Assembly: GCF_006345805.1 (NCBI RefSeq)
Contig: NC_043003.1
Span: forward strand, 62,620,001 to 62,684,000
Direction of reading: 5' to 3'
Length of the DNA: 64,000 nucleotides
Source of the DNA: Octopus sinensis
Lineage: Eukaryota
Translations under genes and position numbers: made by a program
In this document: in pieces, positions 1 to 13,410 of the stretch
Layout of the letters: each line of letters opens with the position of its first letter
How positions within the stretch are numbered: position 1 is the first letter of the stretch
Notes under the pieces: generated by a model
Seen by the model: the letters and a program-made list of their open reading frames with translations, nothing else
The model's database searches: none
Told to the model about the DNA's origin: nothing

Positions 1-358
1 AAAAAATTAAGTCTTTGCAACCCTTTCAGAAATATACTGATCTGAGTAGAGTCATGGTCCATAGGTTGAGAATTAATAATCTAACAAATCTTACCTACCT
101 CAATTCCCTTCAGACTCTACTGATCTTCAGTTATTATTCTCCATATCCCTCTGTCATGCTGGTCTGCTTTTCAGAAACACTTTATTGACTACTCTGTTGC
201 TCTACTGCTTTTTTTTTCTCCAACTATTCTACTTTGACTACAGCCTCCTCCCTTCTGTACTAAGTAGGTTACATTGAACCAATGAAGAAGTATTTGTGTG
301 GTTATTTGACTAACTAGAAACACCAGGCAAAACTGTCTCAAATCACACCCGACCATCT

Positions 359-590
359 TGAACCCTTTAGCATTCAGATATCTCTGTCAAATAGAATGCT
401 TATTTATTCATATTGTTTTCAGTTAATCCTGCATTATCTTGTGGCTTTGTGATTTCAATGATGTGTTTGTTTAGTTTTAGAATGACTTTGTAGGGTAGGT
501 ATACGAGGCTGAGTCATGACAGTTTGAACATAAAACAGCTGGAATATTTGAGCTGGATATGGCCAGTTTAAACATTAAATGCTTAAAAAG
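359..590. mobile_element. Degenerate copy of a piggyBac-like (TTAA-type) MITE
   Basis: Begins 'aaccctttagcattcagat' and shares internal sequence with the more complete copy at 43156-43378. The right end is degenerate. Confidence 0.6.
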
Positions 591-1391
591 GAAGGATACA
601 AAGAATAATGTATTCCAAGTTATACTTAGCTTGAAAAAAGATGCAGCGATAATAGCTAGGCTACTTTTGATGATAGGTTTTGCATGTTCAGGGTGACATA
701 GAGGCTAAACTTCTTTTTCTTGCTACATTACCTAGGTAAGAGTATTACATTTAGTGAACCTGCAGTGCAATTTACGAACTTCGTTCATGTCTGCACTTAT
801 TATATCCTTCTGTTTCACAATGAAATTACAGTTATTAGATCCTGTGCACCTTTAGCAAAAAGATTGCTTATATGCTTACACTATGAATGCAACCTTGTAA
901 GATATGTCAAAAATTGACTGGTGTCCTAATGAATGGCTTAACAATACTGAATAGCTATAACAGATACAAGCTGAGAAGATAGTAAATTACACTGACCAAT
1001 CTAACAAATTAAATTCATTATGGCATAATTATATTTGTAATGGAACTGACTCGCTTCACAGTCATTTCTACAAAGACACTGATAACTTACTTACTTATAA
1101 ATTTAGACATATGGAAATGTCAGGATGTTGCCAAGATTGGTTTTCTTTTCTTTTCTTTTTTTTCTTGTTTCTCAACATTCATTTGCTAGGAATATTTGTA
1201 TACATATGTAACTGAGAAATATATATGCCATTCTTTGCTATATAAGAAAGGTAAAACCTAATAATACTCAGTAATTTTCAGATGATGAAGACAATGATGA
1301 TGCTGATAGTGGTGGTGGTGGTGGTGGTGGTGGTGGCGGTGACGGTGACGGTGGCGGCGGCGGCGGTGGTGGTGGTGATGATGATGATGAT

Positions 1392-3705
1392 TTCACTAAA
1401 TCCATAACTGATGTCGTCCAGAACTCAGAGCAAATACCTGCCTGGTTGACTGAAATAACAACATACTTTCTACCAAAAACTGAAGACATGAAAAATCCAA
1501 AGAACTACATGTCTCAACACCACCTACAAGATCCTCACATCTATACTAACTGAAAGGATGTACACTTTCCTGGAACAAAATATCCTTCCACAAGCTCAAA
1601 AAGGTTGTAAAAGGAATTCTTATGGTTGTAAAGGTCAATTACTTATAAATAGAATGATTGTAGAGAATTGCTGGAGCAACAAGAAAACCTGAGTATGGCA
1701 TGGATAGACTACCGGAAAGCGTTTGATAGTGCCCTGCGTTATTGGCTACCCAAGGCCCTTGAGATATGCAAGATCTCTCCTGTAGTCTCCTAATCCTTAC
1801 AAGGTAGTATGGCCAAATGGAATACATGTCTCCTAAACCATAGTAATGGGATGAGCTAATCTAACATCAACATCAAATAAAGCATCTTTCAAGATGACTC
1901 CTTCTCCCCATTACTCTTTTGCATGGTACTGATCCCACTCTCAAACAAACCGAGTAACACCAGGTATGGGTTCGAAGTGTATAATACTGTAGTATACCAT
2001 CTGCTTTATACTGTCGATCTGAAATTGCTTGGTAGAAATGACTCAGCGCTAGTAGGGCTGTTAACAACTGTTAACGAGTTTAGTAATGACATCGGGAAGG
2101 ATTTTGGCCTTGATAAGTGTGCTAAAATAACTTTTGTAAGAAGCAAGCTCAACCAAACAGCTTCCATTAAATTAGATAATGACACTACCATCAAGGAGCT
2201 TGACCCACAAGAAAGTTATAAATACCTGAGGATAAACAAAGGAGATGGTATACAATATGCTACTGTGCAGGGAAAAATAAGAAAGGAGTATTACAGGAGA
2301 ATAAGACTCATACTAAAACCTGAACTCAACTCCAAAAATTGCATCAAAGCCATTACCACTCTGGCACTTCCAGTAGTCCAATACAGTTTTAACATCATTA
2401 ACTGGAATCTTACAGAGCTCGAACATCTGGACAGGAAGACAAGAAAACTACTAACATCCAAGAACAAGCACCATCCAAAAGCAGACGTTGATTGTCTTTA
2501 CCTACTTAGGAGTAATGGGGGAAGAGGAATGATGCAGGTAGAACTGTGCTATAATAGCAATGAACAGGTACTTATCTAGTACAGAGGATTGGATGCTGCA
2601 GCTTGTGTGCAAACACAAAAGCAGCAAAAATCACATTCTATTGTCAAGGAAGATTTCATATTTGCAAGGGAACTTGGCATTGACCCTAAATTAGATGAAG
2701 AATATGAAACCACAGCCACAAAACAAGCAAAATGGATCAAGCAGACTGCAAAGAGGAACGGCAGAAACAAATTGAGGAGCAGTGAAGCCAGAAGCCTCTG
2801 CATGGACAGTGTATACTTCAAAGTCGAAATGCTGATGTACACCAAGCAACAACTCATCAATAGCTGAGAAGCTCAGGACTGAAAGGAAAGACTGAAGGTT
2901 TCATATTGGTAGCATAAGATCAAAGCTTGCTCACAAAAAACTACTAGGCTAACATTCTTCAAAACAGTTCTGACCCTAAATGCAGATTCTGCGACACATT
3001 TGACAAAACAATAGACCTTCTCATTTCAGGATGTCCTGTACTGACACCAAATGAATACAAAAATTGCCATGATAGGTTAGGACAGTATTTACATTGGAAA
3101 ATGTGTAAACACTACAAAATCAGCACACCTGCTTATTGGTATGAGCATCATCCTGAGCCAGTCGTTGAAGGTAAAAATGTCACTATCCTCCTGAATTTTC
3201 CAGTCAACACCAACAGAACAATCCAGGTTAATTGACCAGACATAGTCATTAAAGACAGAGAAGAAAATACTTGTAGATTAATAGATGTAAGTGTTCCCAC
3301 TGATAAAACTATACCTGAAGAGTAAAAGTGTAAATTATGTAAATTTAAAGACCTAGGAATTGAAATACTGAAGATGTGGCATCTTAAAATGAGAACTGTT
3401 CCTGTTATTGAGGGTGCTCTAGGTATGATAAAAAAAAAGAGATGTCAGAAACATCTAAAGAATATCCCAGGAAAGCCATTTCTCAGAGAAATCCAAAAGT
3501 TTGTGCTGACAAGTACTGCCCACATCCTTAGACAAACCATATCAATTAAAAAGTTTGTCTAGTATTACATGAAGATTTTTTGCTACTCACCCCACTAGGC
3601 TTTCAGTCATACTGTAACATCTCTTATCCTTCACTCGCCCTAGGATGCTGGTTGTGTCTCAGCAAGTGATTGTAACAAACATGCAGATTAAAAGTAACTA
3701 ACAAT
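1392..3705 (+). mobile_element. 5'-truncated, frameshifted R4/Dong-type (RLE-clade) non-LTR retrotransposon
   Basis: Manual translation gives RT motifs (QKGCKRNSYGCK, AWIDYRKAFDS, KFGLDKCA-like, YKYL). ORF 1923-2579 contains ELNSKNCIKAITTLALPVVQYSF. A CRFC..C knuckle, RHD and PDIVI..DV restriction-like endonuclease motifs and a C-terminal VPVIEGALG..TAHIL follow. The 3'UTR runs into (AAT)n. Confidence 0.9.
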
Positions 3706-3719
3706 AATAATTATAATCC

Positions 3720-3925
3720 TTTCTACTATAGGGGACAAATTGATTACATCGACTCCAGTGTTTCACTGGTATTTAATTTATTGACCCCAAAAGTAGGAAA
3801 GGCAAAGTCAACTTCGGAGAGATTTGAACTCAGAATGTAAAGACGGACAAAATGCCGTCTTTTGCCCAGCAAAACACAAAACATTTTGCCCGGCATGGTA
3901 ACGATTCTGCCAGCTCACCCCCTTA
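3720..3925 (-). mobile_element. tRNA-derived SINE, family A (Meta/MESC-like core)
   Basis: Minus strand reads GGTGAGCTGGCAGAATCGTTA...GAGTTCAAAT (A/B-box-like), then the CTTTGCCTTT..GGGGTCAATAAA..AATACCAG core. It matches other copies in the window. Confidence 0.8.
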
Positions 3926-3998
3926 ATAATAATAATAATAATACTTGTGGTGGTAGTGGTGGTGGTAGCTGAAGCAGCAGCAGTACTGGTGGTGGTGA

Positions 3999-4033
<35 letters not shown>

Positions 4034-4589
4034 CAGCAGTGGTGCAGCAGTGATGGTGGTGGTGGTGGTGGTGGTGGTGGTGGTGGTGGTATTAGTAGTA
4101 ATGTAAAATTGAAAATAATAAAAGAATTTTAAAAGTTTTACTTCAGAGAAAACTGAAATTTATTTTCATTTTTACATATGTTATTAACAACATGTTTTGT
4201 TTGTGTCATATAATTGTTAAAAATTAGTTTGCCAGCAAGATGTTATTTAATGAGTATTTTGAAAAAAGATTTTTTTTTTATTACTGTTTTTATTATTTAC
4301 ACCTTATTCAATGTAATTATTGCTCAAATCCCTCTGCTCATAATGGAGCTGTAAAAATTCTTATATTAAGAAGAAAAAAAAACTTTCTAAAATCATTAAG
4401 AGAATTCAATTAACAACATTGTTTTTATTTTTGGATATTTTATTATCATCATCAAAGTTTGTTTTTTAGAGAGCTGTGGTTTTCCAGGTAACACATTTAC
4501 CATTTCAAATAGTGAGCTGCTTGGTTATATAGATGAGAATATTTAGGCCTTTCTGATATATTTAGCCTATTCATCTTGGGCTTATGGTT

Positions 4590-4985
4590 TAAAACAAAAA
4601 TGTCTATGATTATGAAGCTTGTTTTGCAACCAAGTGGTTTGAAGTTCAGTTCCATGTGTGCTACCATGGACAAGTGACTTCTACTGTAGCCTTGTGCTGA
4701 TCAATACCTTGTGATTGAATTTGGTAGATGGAAACTGTGTAGAAGCCTAACATATATGTGTTGCTGTGCGTCTTTATGTTGGTGTTTGTGTCCCACTACT
4801 GTTTGACAACTGGTGTTAGTTTATTTACATCCCCATAACTTAGTTGTTTGGCAAAAGAAACCAATAAAATAAATACCAGATTTTCAAGTAAGTACTAAGT
4901 TCAATTTGTTTTTGACTAAACTCTTCAAGCTGGTGCTGCAACATGGCCGCAGTCTAATGACTGAAACAAGTAAAAGTTAAAAGAC
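4590..4985 (+). mobile_element. tRNA-derived SINE, family B (degenerate)
   Basis: Similar to the full copy at 49929-50337 (head, CORE-like block and ...GACTGAAACAAGTAAAAG tail). Confidence 0.7.
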
Positions 4986-5444
4986 ATTTTAGTTTTTGTA
5001 TTTCTACACTCTGAGAAAGTATTTTGTTTCAAATAAGGTCACATCATTACACATCAGCTATATGGTTGAGATAGGGGGAGGGAGGGAGAGAGAGAGAGAA
5101 AGAGCTTCATGCAAGCATTCATATTACAGATATGAGATTTCACTGAATTTTCCTTACATGTTAGGGTTTACTTTGGTAGTCTTTAGTCTAGCTGGACTGG
5201 TTGAAGTGGCACTGAAATAATGTGTTTCAGATTCAAGTGTAATAATAAACAGTTTTCTATTTCATTTCTTTAAATATGCCAAGGTACCATATGCTATTTA
5301 AGGTGGTGAGTGGAAGAATTATAAGTGAGTTGGACAAAAAGGTTTAGTGGTATTTCTTCAGGCTCTTTCTTTCTGAGTTCAAATCCCACTTTGTCTTTCA
5401 TCTCACATTTAACCGTTTAGCATTCCAACACCTAAACAATAACA

Positions 5445-6330
5445 GCATCTATCCCAGAGTCACTAGGGTCACCACGACCATACTAGAAAAGCTGATCAAT
5501 AACACCTGGATCAACATCTGTAACAGCATAAACTCCTAGCACGGATAAAAAAGAACTTCACCACAGTCAACAGTAGAATGCCTACATTTTCCATCTTATC
5601 AAGGCACATAAACAGGAACCTGACCTCCATGTCAGACCCATAATCTCTGGCATAGAGGGACCTTTCTACAAAGCCTCATTGATCCTATCCAGAATTCTAA
5701 AATCCCTGCTGTCAACATTCCTGGCTCATGTCAACAGCTCAGATGAGGTCATCCAACAACTGCATCATCTTGGACCTGACATGCTCAAACACAACAGGCA
5801 TACTTTCAGTTTAGATGTGGCTTCTCTATACACTTCGGTTCCTACCCTTCCCATCATCAACCTGATGGCAAAATGTGTCACCTCCTTTCACTGACACTGT
5901 TCCAGACTTACTTCCTTCAACATCCACCAGCTACTATCAGTTATAGTCACCAACACACACTTTGATTTCTTGGGCAACAGCTATAAACAGTGTCCAGCCT
6001 CTCAGGCCTGCTGGCTGTTGTTTACTTAGACCAGCTGAAGCATAGGGCACTCAGCACATGCCATGCATATGCCTTCTTCCACCAGGTATATGGATGACAT
6101 CCTCATAATCACTCCATTCCAAGAGAAGTTCAATAATATGGACCAACATATTACTTTTCCTTGCCCAATCCTTCTTGTCCAGAATAACATCCCACCAAAA
6201 CACACTCCCTATTCATCTTTTCTTTACTGACAACATTTCAAACAGAATATCAAGCACATGAACCAGGAATGTCTAGCACAATCCTCTGATGAAGAAGCTC
6301 CAACTTCAATACTGAGTTAGCCAATGTGCA
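5445..6330 (+). mobile_element. Degenerate Penelope-like (PLE) reverse transcriptase relic
   Basis: Translation gives LIKAHKQEPDLHVRPIISG, FSLDVASLYTSVPT (ORF 5679-5894) and YMDDIL near 6090. These are typical PLE RT motifs, with stops and frameshifts. Confidence 0.85.
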
Positions 6331-7905
6331 CCATGTTCATGGCATAACAGGAATAACCTAAATGTAATTTCTACCAGATTCCTGTAAAAACAGTAATGAA
6401 CAACACACATAGATGAAGAAGTTAAGACACTAAAATTAAACAACCAATTATATTGCAGTTTTGTTATTAGGTGTATTTATGACTCATTGTTAATGGTGTC
6501 CCCCATAACTTGTTTGCTTTTGTTTTTAATGAACAAAAAATGTTTTGTTTTTGCTATGAAATATGTAATGAACCCAGCATTTCGTCTAGTAAATGAGCAA
6601 AGTCTAGACACTTTACAGTCGGGGAAATTTTTGATGATATTTATTCTTTGAGTAAGGAGCTTACCCTTATGCAGACAATGAGAGTGAGGTAGACAATTCA
6701 ACTGGTGAAAGAGATGAGGTGAACAGGTGAACAAATATGATAGTTGAAAACAGGCCTATTACAGTTATCCTCCAGAGTTTGTGATTCTGCCATTAGTTTG
6801 CCTGCAATCGTTACTCTTGACCTGTATTTGCAACTATTTATTTTTTTGCTTAGGAACCCAGGTGGAAGAAAAAGTTAGACATAGGGACCCAAGTGTGAGA
6901 GGGTTAATACAAGATACTACTTGTTCAAAGCAGTTGCTACTAAACAGTGAAGTGTTTTGTAGACTAGTATTATGTGAGTCCTACAATGATAAGCAGATTG
7001 ATCCTCAGTTTTCTCATGAGAGTTTTTCTCTTGAAACATATTTAAATTAAAGTTGCTTTAAGACAAATGTCTTCATATTTCACTTTCCATTAATATTTAA
7101 TTACTTATCACATGAGAGCACTTTGATAGTTAGCTACTCCCACACTGTGTTAAATACTAGGTCTTCAGTTGTAGTTTTATTGAAGTCTTTGGTTATATAT
7201 ATTTTTCAGTTTATCATTTGCTACAGCAGCTTCACTGATTCATTTTTGATATCCGTAAATGTGTTGCTGTTATTTTACCCAAGGTTCACCTATGATCAAA
7301 AGCATTCTAGCCATGACCATCTTGTCTTTCATCAGATATTGCATACCCTACTTTAAGCAATGTGTTCTTTTCTTTTTTCGATAATGTAAGGTATGATTTA
7401 AGAGCAGTTCAGTTATTATTTCTAGATGGTCAAACAACCACAAAATCTCCTTTCATTCATTACCCTTTGTTGGTCATTGGTTGTCATAGCCTTTTGCTTT
7501 TTTATTGTGTGTTTTTGACAGATGTGCAAGTATTTCTTAACTGACTCTCCATAGGATATATTAAAGCTAATATTATCTCAATGTTTGTAAAAGCGAGTCA
7601 AAAGTTGAGGTTTACTTTTACACGGAATTTCTAGAAATGTCAAGATTATTTATTTGGAACTGACATATTAAAGTGTGATATTTCATATTTCAGTTTGGTT
7701 TCTGATTTTCATATGTATATTATTTTCTTATGTGAAATCTATTATCATACTAAATCTGTGGTTATATTCTATTATCTTTGCCTTCAGTTAATAGTATTCA
7801 GTGTACATAACTTATGAAGGATCTTATTTGAAACTCATATATCAGTCAATTTCTTTCACAGTAGTTTATTATATTTGTTCTCTAACATAGTTAAACTTTC
7901 ATATA

Positions 7906-7973
<68 letters not shown>

Positions 7974-8527
7974 TAGATAGATATAGATATAGATATATAT
8001 GTATATATAAAATGAAGAACTCCAGCAATTTGCTTAATAATATATTTTGTTTCTATTGGTATTGGCTATTTTGAAATATCTGGGTTTCATAATTACTGCT
8101 TTTCCATGCTATTCTTTCTATTCACAGCTGCATGCTAGGAAATTGTCTCCTTAACTGCAATTTTTATCTTATAACCTATATTTCAAGATGCCAAACAATA
8201 CATTAGTTCCACCCTGTCCACCTCTACATTTTTATCACTTACCTTCTGACAAACTTATCCATATAGCTTCTGGTTATAGATTTATGTTTTCTCATTAGTG
8301 ATATATAATTTTATAGTAAATTCTATCAATATTAAAAGGATTTATACTTGTGTAAAATCTGTTCAGATTCTGAATTACTGTATTGAATATACTTTTGTTT
8401 TCCAAACTTTAGCTATTTTATAGATTATTTACATGATAAGAATTTTAGAAAGTTTGAGAGACATGAAGTAAATTACTTTTTTAATGGTGAAACTAAAGTC
8501 AATAAAGCTATAGATAATAGTGTGTCA

Positions 8528-8644
8528 AATATTGGGATAAAAATCTCTTTGGATGGGAAATAGTTAAAGGCTACCCATGGGACACAAACTCACATCTTTT
8601 GTAAACATTGCAGATATTCTAACCATTACACCAAAGTAACATTT
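8528..8644 (-). repeat. tRNA-like sequence, copy 1 of an inverted pair
   Basis: Minus strand GTTACTTTGGTGTAATGGTTAGAAT... aligns over about 118 nt with 8847-8963. Confidence 0.65.
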
Positions 8645-8846
8645 TGAATTTTTTCTCCACTTATTTAGAAGCTTTGTTCTTACAAGTGAAAATTGTAAAT
8701 TGTTTACAACAATTTTAGAAACTTTGTGAGATGTGAAATAAATTATATTTTTAATAGGGAAACATAAAGTCAATAGGGCCATAAATAGTAGCAAACAACT
8801 TATAATTATCTCTTCAAGAACAATGCTTTTTAATGGAGAAAATCTG

Positions 8847-8963
8847 AAATGTTGCTTTGATGTAATGGTTAGAATGTCTGTCATACTTACAGAATTTGTG
8901 GGTTCAAGTCCCAAGATAGCCCTCAATTTTTTCCCATCTAAAGGTTTTCTTACCCAGTTTTGG
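8847..8963 (+). repeat. tRNA-like sequence (A box TGTAATGGTTAG, B box GGTTCAAGTCC), copy 2 of an inverted pair
   Basis: Pol III A/B boxes with tRNA-like spacing are present, but the cloverleaf is degenerate, so it is not a functional tRNA. Confidence 0.65.
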
Positions 8964-9239
8964 AGAGTATCAAAAAGCATGGAGAAGGATAAAGAGGAAA
9001 TGGCAATTGAATACCCAGTATAGCTGTTTCAAAAAGTCTGCCCCTTTGGTATGGCCAAAATTATGAGGAAAGTATTAGATACTTGAGAAAAATAGCTTGG
9101 CATTGTAGCCTGCACATAGCAAACTTGTTACTCATGCAAGACTCCAGAAATTCCAACAAAACCCGAATTAAAAGAATAATAATGATGATGATGATGACAA
9201 CGATGATAACAATGATGATTAAAATAATAGCAATAATGG

Positions 9240-9706
9240 TTTCTAATTTGGGAAAAAGCCAACAGTTTTGACAGTGGGGGTAAGATGACACCATCAACCC
9301 TAGTACTTTATGTTTTTGATTCTAAAAGGCAAAGTTGACCTTGGTAGAATTTGAACTCAGAATGTAAAGAACCAGAATGAATGCTGCAAAGCATTTTTCT
9401 GGTACTCTAGCAATTCTGTCAAGCCATTGCCATAACAACAACAACAACAACAATAATGGTCTCAGATTTTGGCACAATGCCAGCAATTTCATGATAATAG
9501 GTAAGTCAATTATATCAATACCAGCGCACAGCAGGTATTAATTTTATTGACGCCTGAAAGGATGAACAACGTCAACCTCTGTGGAATTTGAACTCAGAGC
9601 ATGAAGATGGACAAAGTGATGCTAAGCATTTTGACTAGTGTGCTAACAATTCTGCCAAATCACTGCCTAAATAATAATGGTGATGATGATGATGAATATA
9701 ATAATG

Positions 9707-9753
<47 letters not shown>

Positions 9754-10155
9754 CTTTTCTACTAAAGGCACAAGGCCTGAAATTTTGTAGGAGGGGACTT
9801 ATCATTGCTACTTAATTTATAGACACTGAAAGGATGAAAGGCAAAGTTGACCTCAGCAGAATTTGAACTCAGATCATAAAGACAGACTAAATGCCACTAA
9901 GCATTTCACCCAGCATGCTAACAATTCTGCTAGCTCATCACCTTACTAATAATAATAATAATGATTTCAAATTTTGGCACAAGGCCAGCAATTTCAGGAA
10001 AGGTAAATCGATTCCATTGACCCCAGTACTCAACTGGTACTTATTTTATCAACCACGAAAAGCAAAGTCAGCCACGGTGGAATTTGAACTCAGAACACAA
10101 AGATGGATGAAATGCCGCAAAGCACTTTGCCCAATTCTGCCAGCTCACTGCCTTA
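9240..10155 (-). mobile_element. Four head-to-tail family A SINE copies separated by (AAT)n/(AAC)n/(GAT)n
   Basis: The 'ggcaaagttgacc..gaatttgaactcag..gcatttt..aacaattctgcc' block recurs at about 9330, 9570, 9840 and 10060. Confidence 0.85.
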
Positions 10156-12066
10156 GTAATAATAATTTAAAAAATGACCCCTTCATCATATCATTTGTGA
10201 TATGTCTCCCCTAAAATTTTGGGGGCTGTAATTGCTCAGTTCCCCCACATTATCTCACTAGTTACCAGAACCTTACAGTGGCACAAAGAAAACCATTTAA
10301 AAAAATTAAGAATATTAGCATTCATATTCTTTGAAGGCCAAAGACTAGATAAATCAATACATTTGATGTTTAACTTGATTTATCTTGGTTGATATTTGCA
10401 GAGAGAGGCTGAGCTGTGAGGAAGTTCCAAGGAGTTACAGTTGAAAAAAGAAATCCTTCGTATTTAGAATCCAGTCTAGGGTTTTGGTTATTGCAAGAAG
10501 AGAATACAAAGGTGCATCAAATGGGCTTTGACTGGCATTATAAATAGCTTGCTAGCTCTGAGAAGTCAAAACAAGAAGAGCTAATGGCAAGCTTATTGAT
10601 AGATGATAGGTTGTGGTGGATGATAGTTTGCTAATCAATAAGATGGCTTATTTTAGGAGGTGACTTAAAATGCTGTCAAGTGTAGCCAAGCCATTTCTCC
10701 ATCTCAGATATGTGAGCAGTACTTGCAGGCAAGCTCCTAAAAGTACAAATGTTCTTTTATCAAATAAATATTTGAAATTCCATCACAAATATTGCATTGC
10801 ACTGCATTAAGTACCAAAACCTTTTTCTACATACCAGGTACAGCCGTTTGTTAGGTTTATCAATAATCGTTGCTCACAACTTGCATTTTACATTTGTACT
10901 TTCAGAAACCCTTTAAAGAAAGCAAACATTGTTCCATAAAATTTCTTCATCCATTTCTGTTTACTCCTTTAGGAAATTCATTATATATCACACAAACAAA
11001 CTATTCTGAAAAAGTGTAGATTCCTTTTAAAGAGGCTAAATGTACATTTGACATAGATCTCATGCATATTTGAAATGAAGTAACATTTGCCTCAAAGAAA
11101 GCTATCACTTTTAATAAGTTCTACATGTAACATTCATAAATATTTCTATTCCTCACACGTTTCCAGTTAAAATATTTGGCATCAAACATTATTCTACAGT
11201 GCCATTCATATAACACATGGAAAGCATAAGAGCAAAATAAAGATTACACTCTTTGCTTACATTTACAAGCATTGCATTCAGGTTGTACAAAAATAAAAGA
11301 ACAAACAGCCCCTTAGTATAGAAGCAATATAGTAGCTTCATCACAAACTAGAACTACTCCTCTAATCTTTCTTAAAAATCCAAAATATTCTTCTGCATGG
11401 AAAATGATGCTAAAAGGCTGCATATAAGCTGAAGTAAGTCTACAATATCTCAATAATTTCTCTCTCTCCCACTCTCTGATTCTCTCACTCATTCTGCTGA
11501 TGGATGAGAGTTTGAGGAACTAGGTGTAAGGAAAGACTGTATCCAGGATTTATTCTCGGGAATCATAGAGGAGTCTAGCAGAGATGAGCAAAGTAACTTT
11601 TTGATGACTTTCTGATTTCTTAATTTATCCTTAAATCTGATGGTTTATCTCTGTAAACACTATAATATACATACCCAAAACTTTAAAACAGTCCCTGGAT
11701 CTTATGAAAATATACGAATTTAATATTCATAACATTCCTTGTTTTTTGAGGAAGTTCCAAACCAAAGACTCCTCACATTACTGGTAAGCAACTCTACATG
11801 CATATTCATAGTATCACATCAAAAATAACAAGGATCTATAAATATCTGTACTCATGATAAGCTAGCAAAATTTTCTTTATCGGCTCAGAGAGCTGCTGAA
11901 ATTTCAGTACCATTTCTGTGCAAAAAATTCCAAATTCCACAATAAAATATTGGCTACCCTTCCAAAATATGGGTGATGTTAGTGTACCAAATTAAATATG
12001 AACCATTTTATTATTGAACATATTTGTTCTTTGAATACCTTCCTTATTGGATAAACTAACACCTTT

Positions 12067-12692
12067 TCATCATCATCATCATCAGCATCGTTTAACGTCC
12101 GTTTTCCATGCTAGCATGGGTTGGACAGTTCGACTGGGGTCTGGGAAGCCTGAAGGCTGCACCAGGCCCAGTCAGATCTGGCAGTGTTTTCACAGCTGGA
12201 TGCCCTTCCTAACGCCAACCACTCCGTGAGTGTAGTGGGTGCTTTTTACATGCCACCATCACAGGTGCCAGACAAGGCTGGTGAACGGCCAAGCTCGGAT
12301 GGTGCTTTTTACGTGCCACCGGCACGGAAGCCAGGTGAGGCTGGCAACGGCCACGATCGGATGGTGTTTTAATTACGTGCCACCGGCATGGAGGCCAGTT
12401 GATGCGGCCACATTCAGATGGTTCTCTTACGTGCCACCGGCACTGGTATCACAACTACAAATTCCATTGATGTTGATCAATTTCGATTTTTGATTTTCAC
12501 TTGCCTCAACAGGTCTTCACAAGAAGAGTTTTGTGTCCCAAGGAGGAAGGTATGCACCAGTGGACTGACTACGTCCCAGGTAGAGGCCATGGGTTATGGC
12601 CTCACTTGTCCTGCCGAGTCTTCTCATGCACAGCATACTTCCAAAGGTCTCGGTTTCTGGTCATTTCCTCAGTGAGACCTAAAGACCTTTTG
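12067..12692 (-). mobile_element. 3' end of an RTE-clade LINE (ORF C-terminus plus minisatellite-bearing 3'UTR and (GAT)n tail)
   Basis: Minus-strand LGLTEEMTRNRDLWKYAVHEKTRQDK* is followed by about 60-bp tandem subunits, GGAAGGGCATCCAGCTG and ...GGACGTTAAACGATG(ATG)n. Confidence 0.85.
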
Positions 12693-13129
12693 TATATAAA
12701 TATCCACAATAAAGTGTTGATTGTGTATGTCCACTTAATAGTGATTATTATATTTGAAATTAAATTGTAAAATAACATGTATAGAGAGCAACAAACCAAT
12801 TGATAGTATAACAAAGCAGTTTTATATAATAATGAAGAAATAAAAGTTATATTTTTAATTTCAGATCACAAATGCAATGATATAAATAAATAATTAAAGA
12901 ACATCCTGTTCCCATGTAGCAATAAAACTGATTTTGCTCATATATGTCATTGTGCCATCTTTACTCATATTCTTTCACATAACTATTAAATACTTTGAAC
13001 ATAATCAGACTCTTCTTAACCTTGCTTTACTTACTCAATCTTTCACAAATCAACTTAGTGGCGACCCCAAACTCCTAACCACCAAAGGTTCAATCAGAAT
13101 ATTAAACCTCTTTTATTGTATTGAATTGG

Positions 13130-13410
13130 ATTGGGTCCCAGCATGTCCTCTCCACCAACCATGGTCTGATGTGGAAGCTGTGAAATTGAGCTTGAGATCA
13201 CACTGGCTTGACGGAGGTATGCAGTTTTTCTACTCATACCCAAGGGTAGTTAAGCCCACACTGCTCAGCTGGTACTTATTTTATTGACCCCCAAAAGATA
13301 ATAGGCACAGTCATCCTCAGCAGAATTTGAAATCAGGAAGTAAAGATTGACAAAATCTTGCTAAGCATTTCACCTGGTGTGCTAACAATTCTGTCTGCTC
13401 GCCACCATAA
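13130..13410 (-). mobile_element. Family A SINE with extended tail
   Basis: Same head and core as 3720-3925. Confidence 0.65.

Noticed and set aside
1268-1489. Poly-Pro/Ser ORF, and the many poly-I/Y, H/T, C/V and poly-D ORFs across the track
   Set aside because: These are translations of (GGT)n, (TA)n, (CA)n, (ATT)n and (GAT)n microsatellites, with no coding evidence.
6560-7050. Acidic, transposase-N-terminus-like fragments and an AG/GT-bounded segment (TQVEEKVRHRDPSV...)
   Set aside because: Frames are broken and no diagnostic motif is present. They cannot be assigned without a search.
8564-8980. 138-aa minus-strand ORF
   Set aside because: It spans the inverted tRNA-like repeats and has no recognisable domain. 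Most likely a chance open frame.
11489-11632. Possible minus-strand terminal exon FKDKLRNQKVIKKLLCSS...SAE*
   Set aside because: The best acceptor gives stops in all frames, and the peptide is not recognisable as a nuclear receptor C-terminus.
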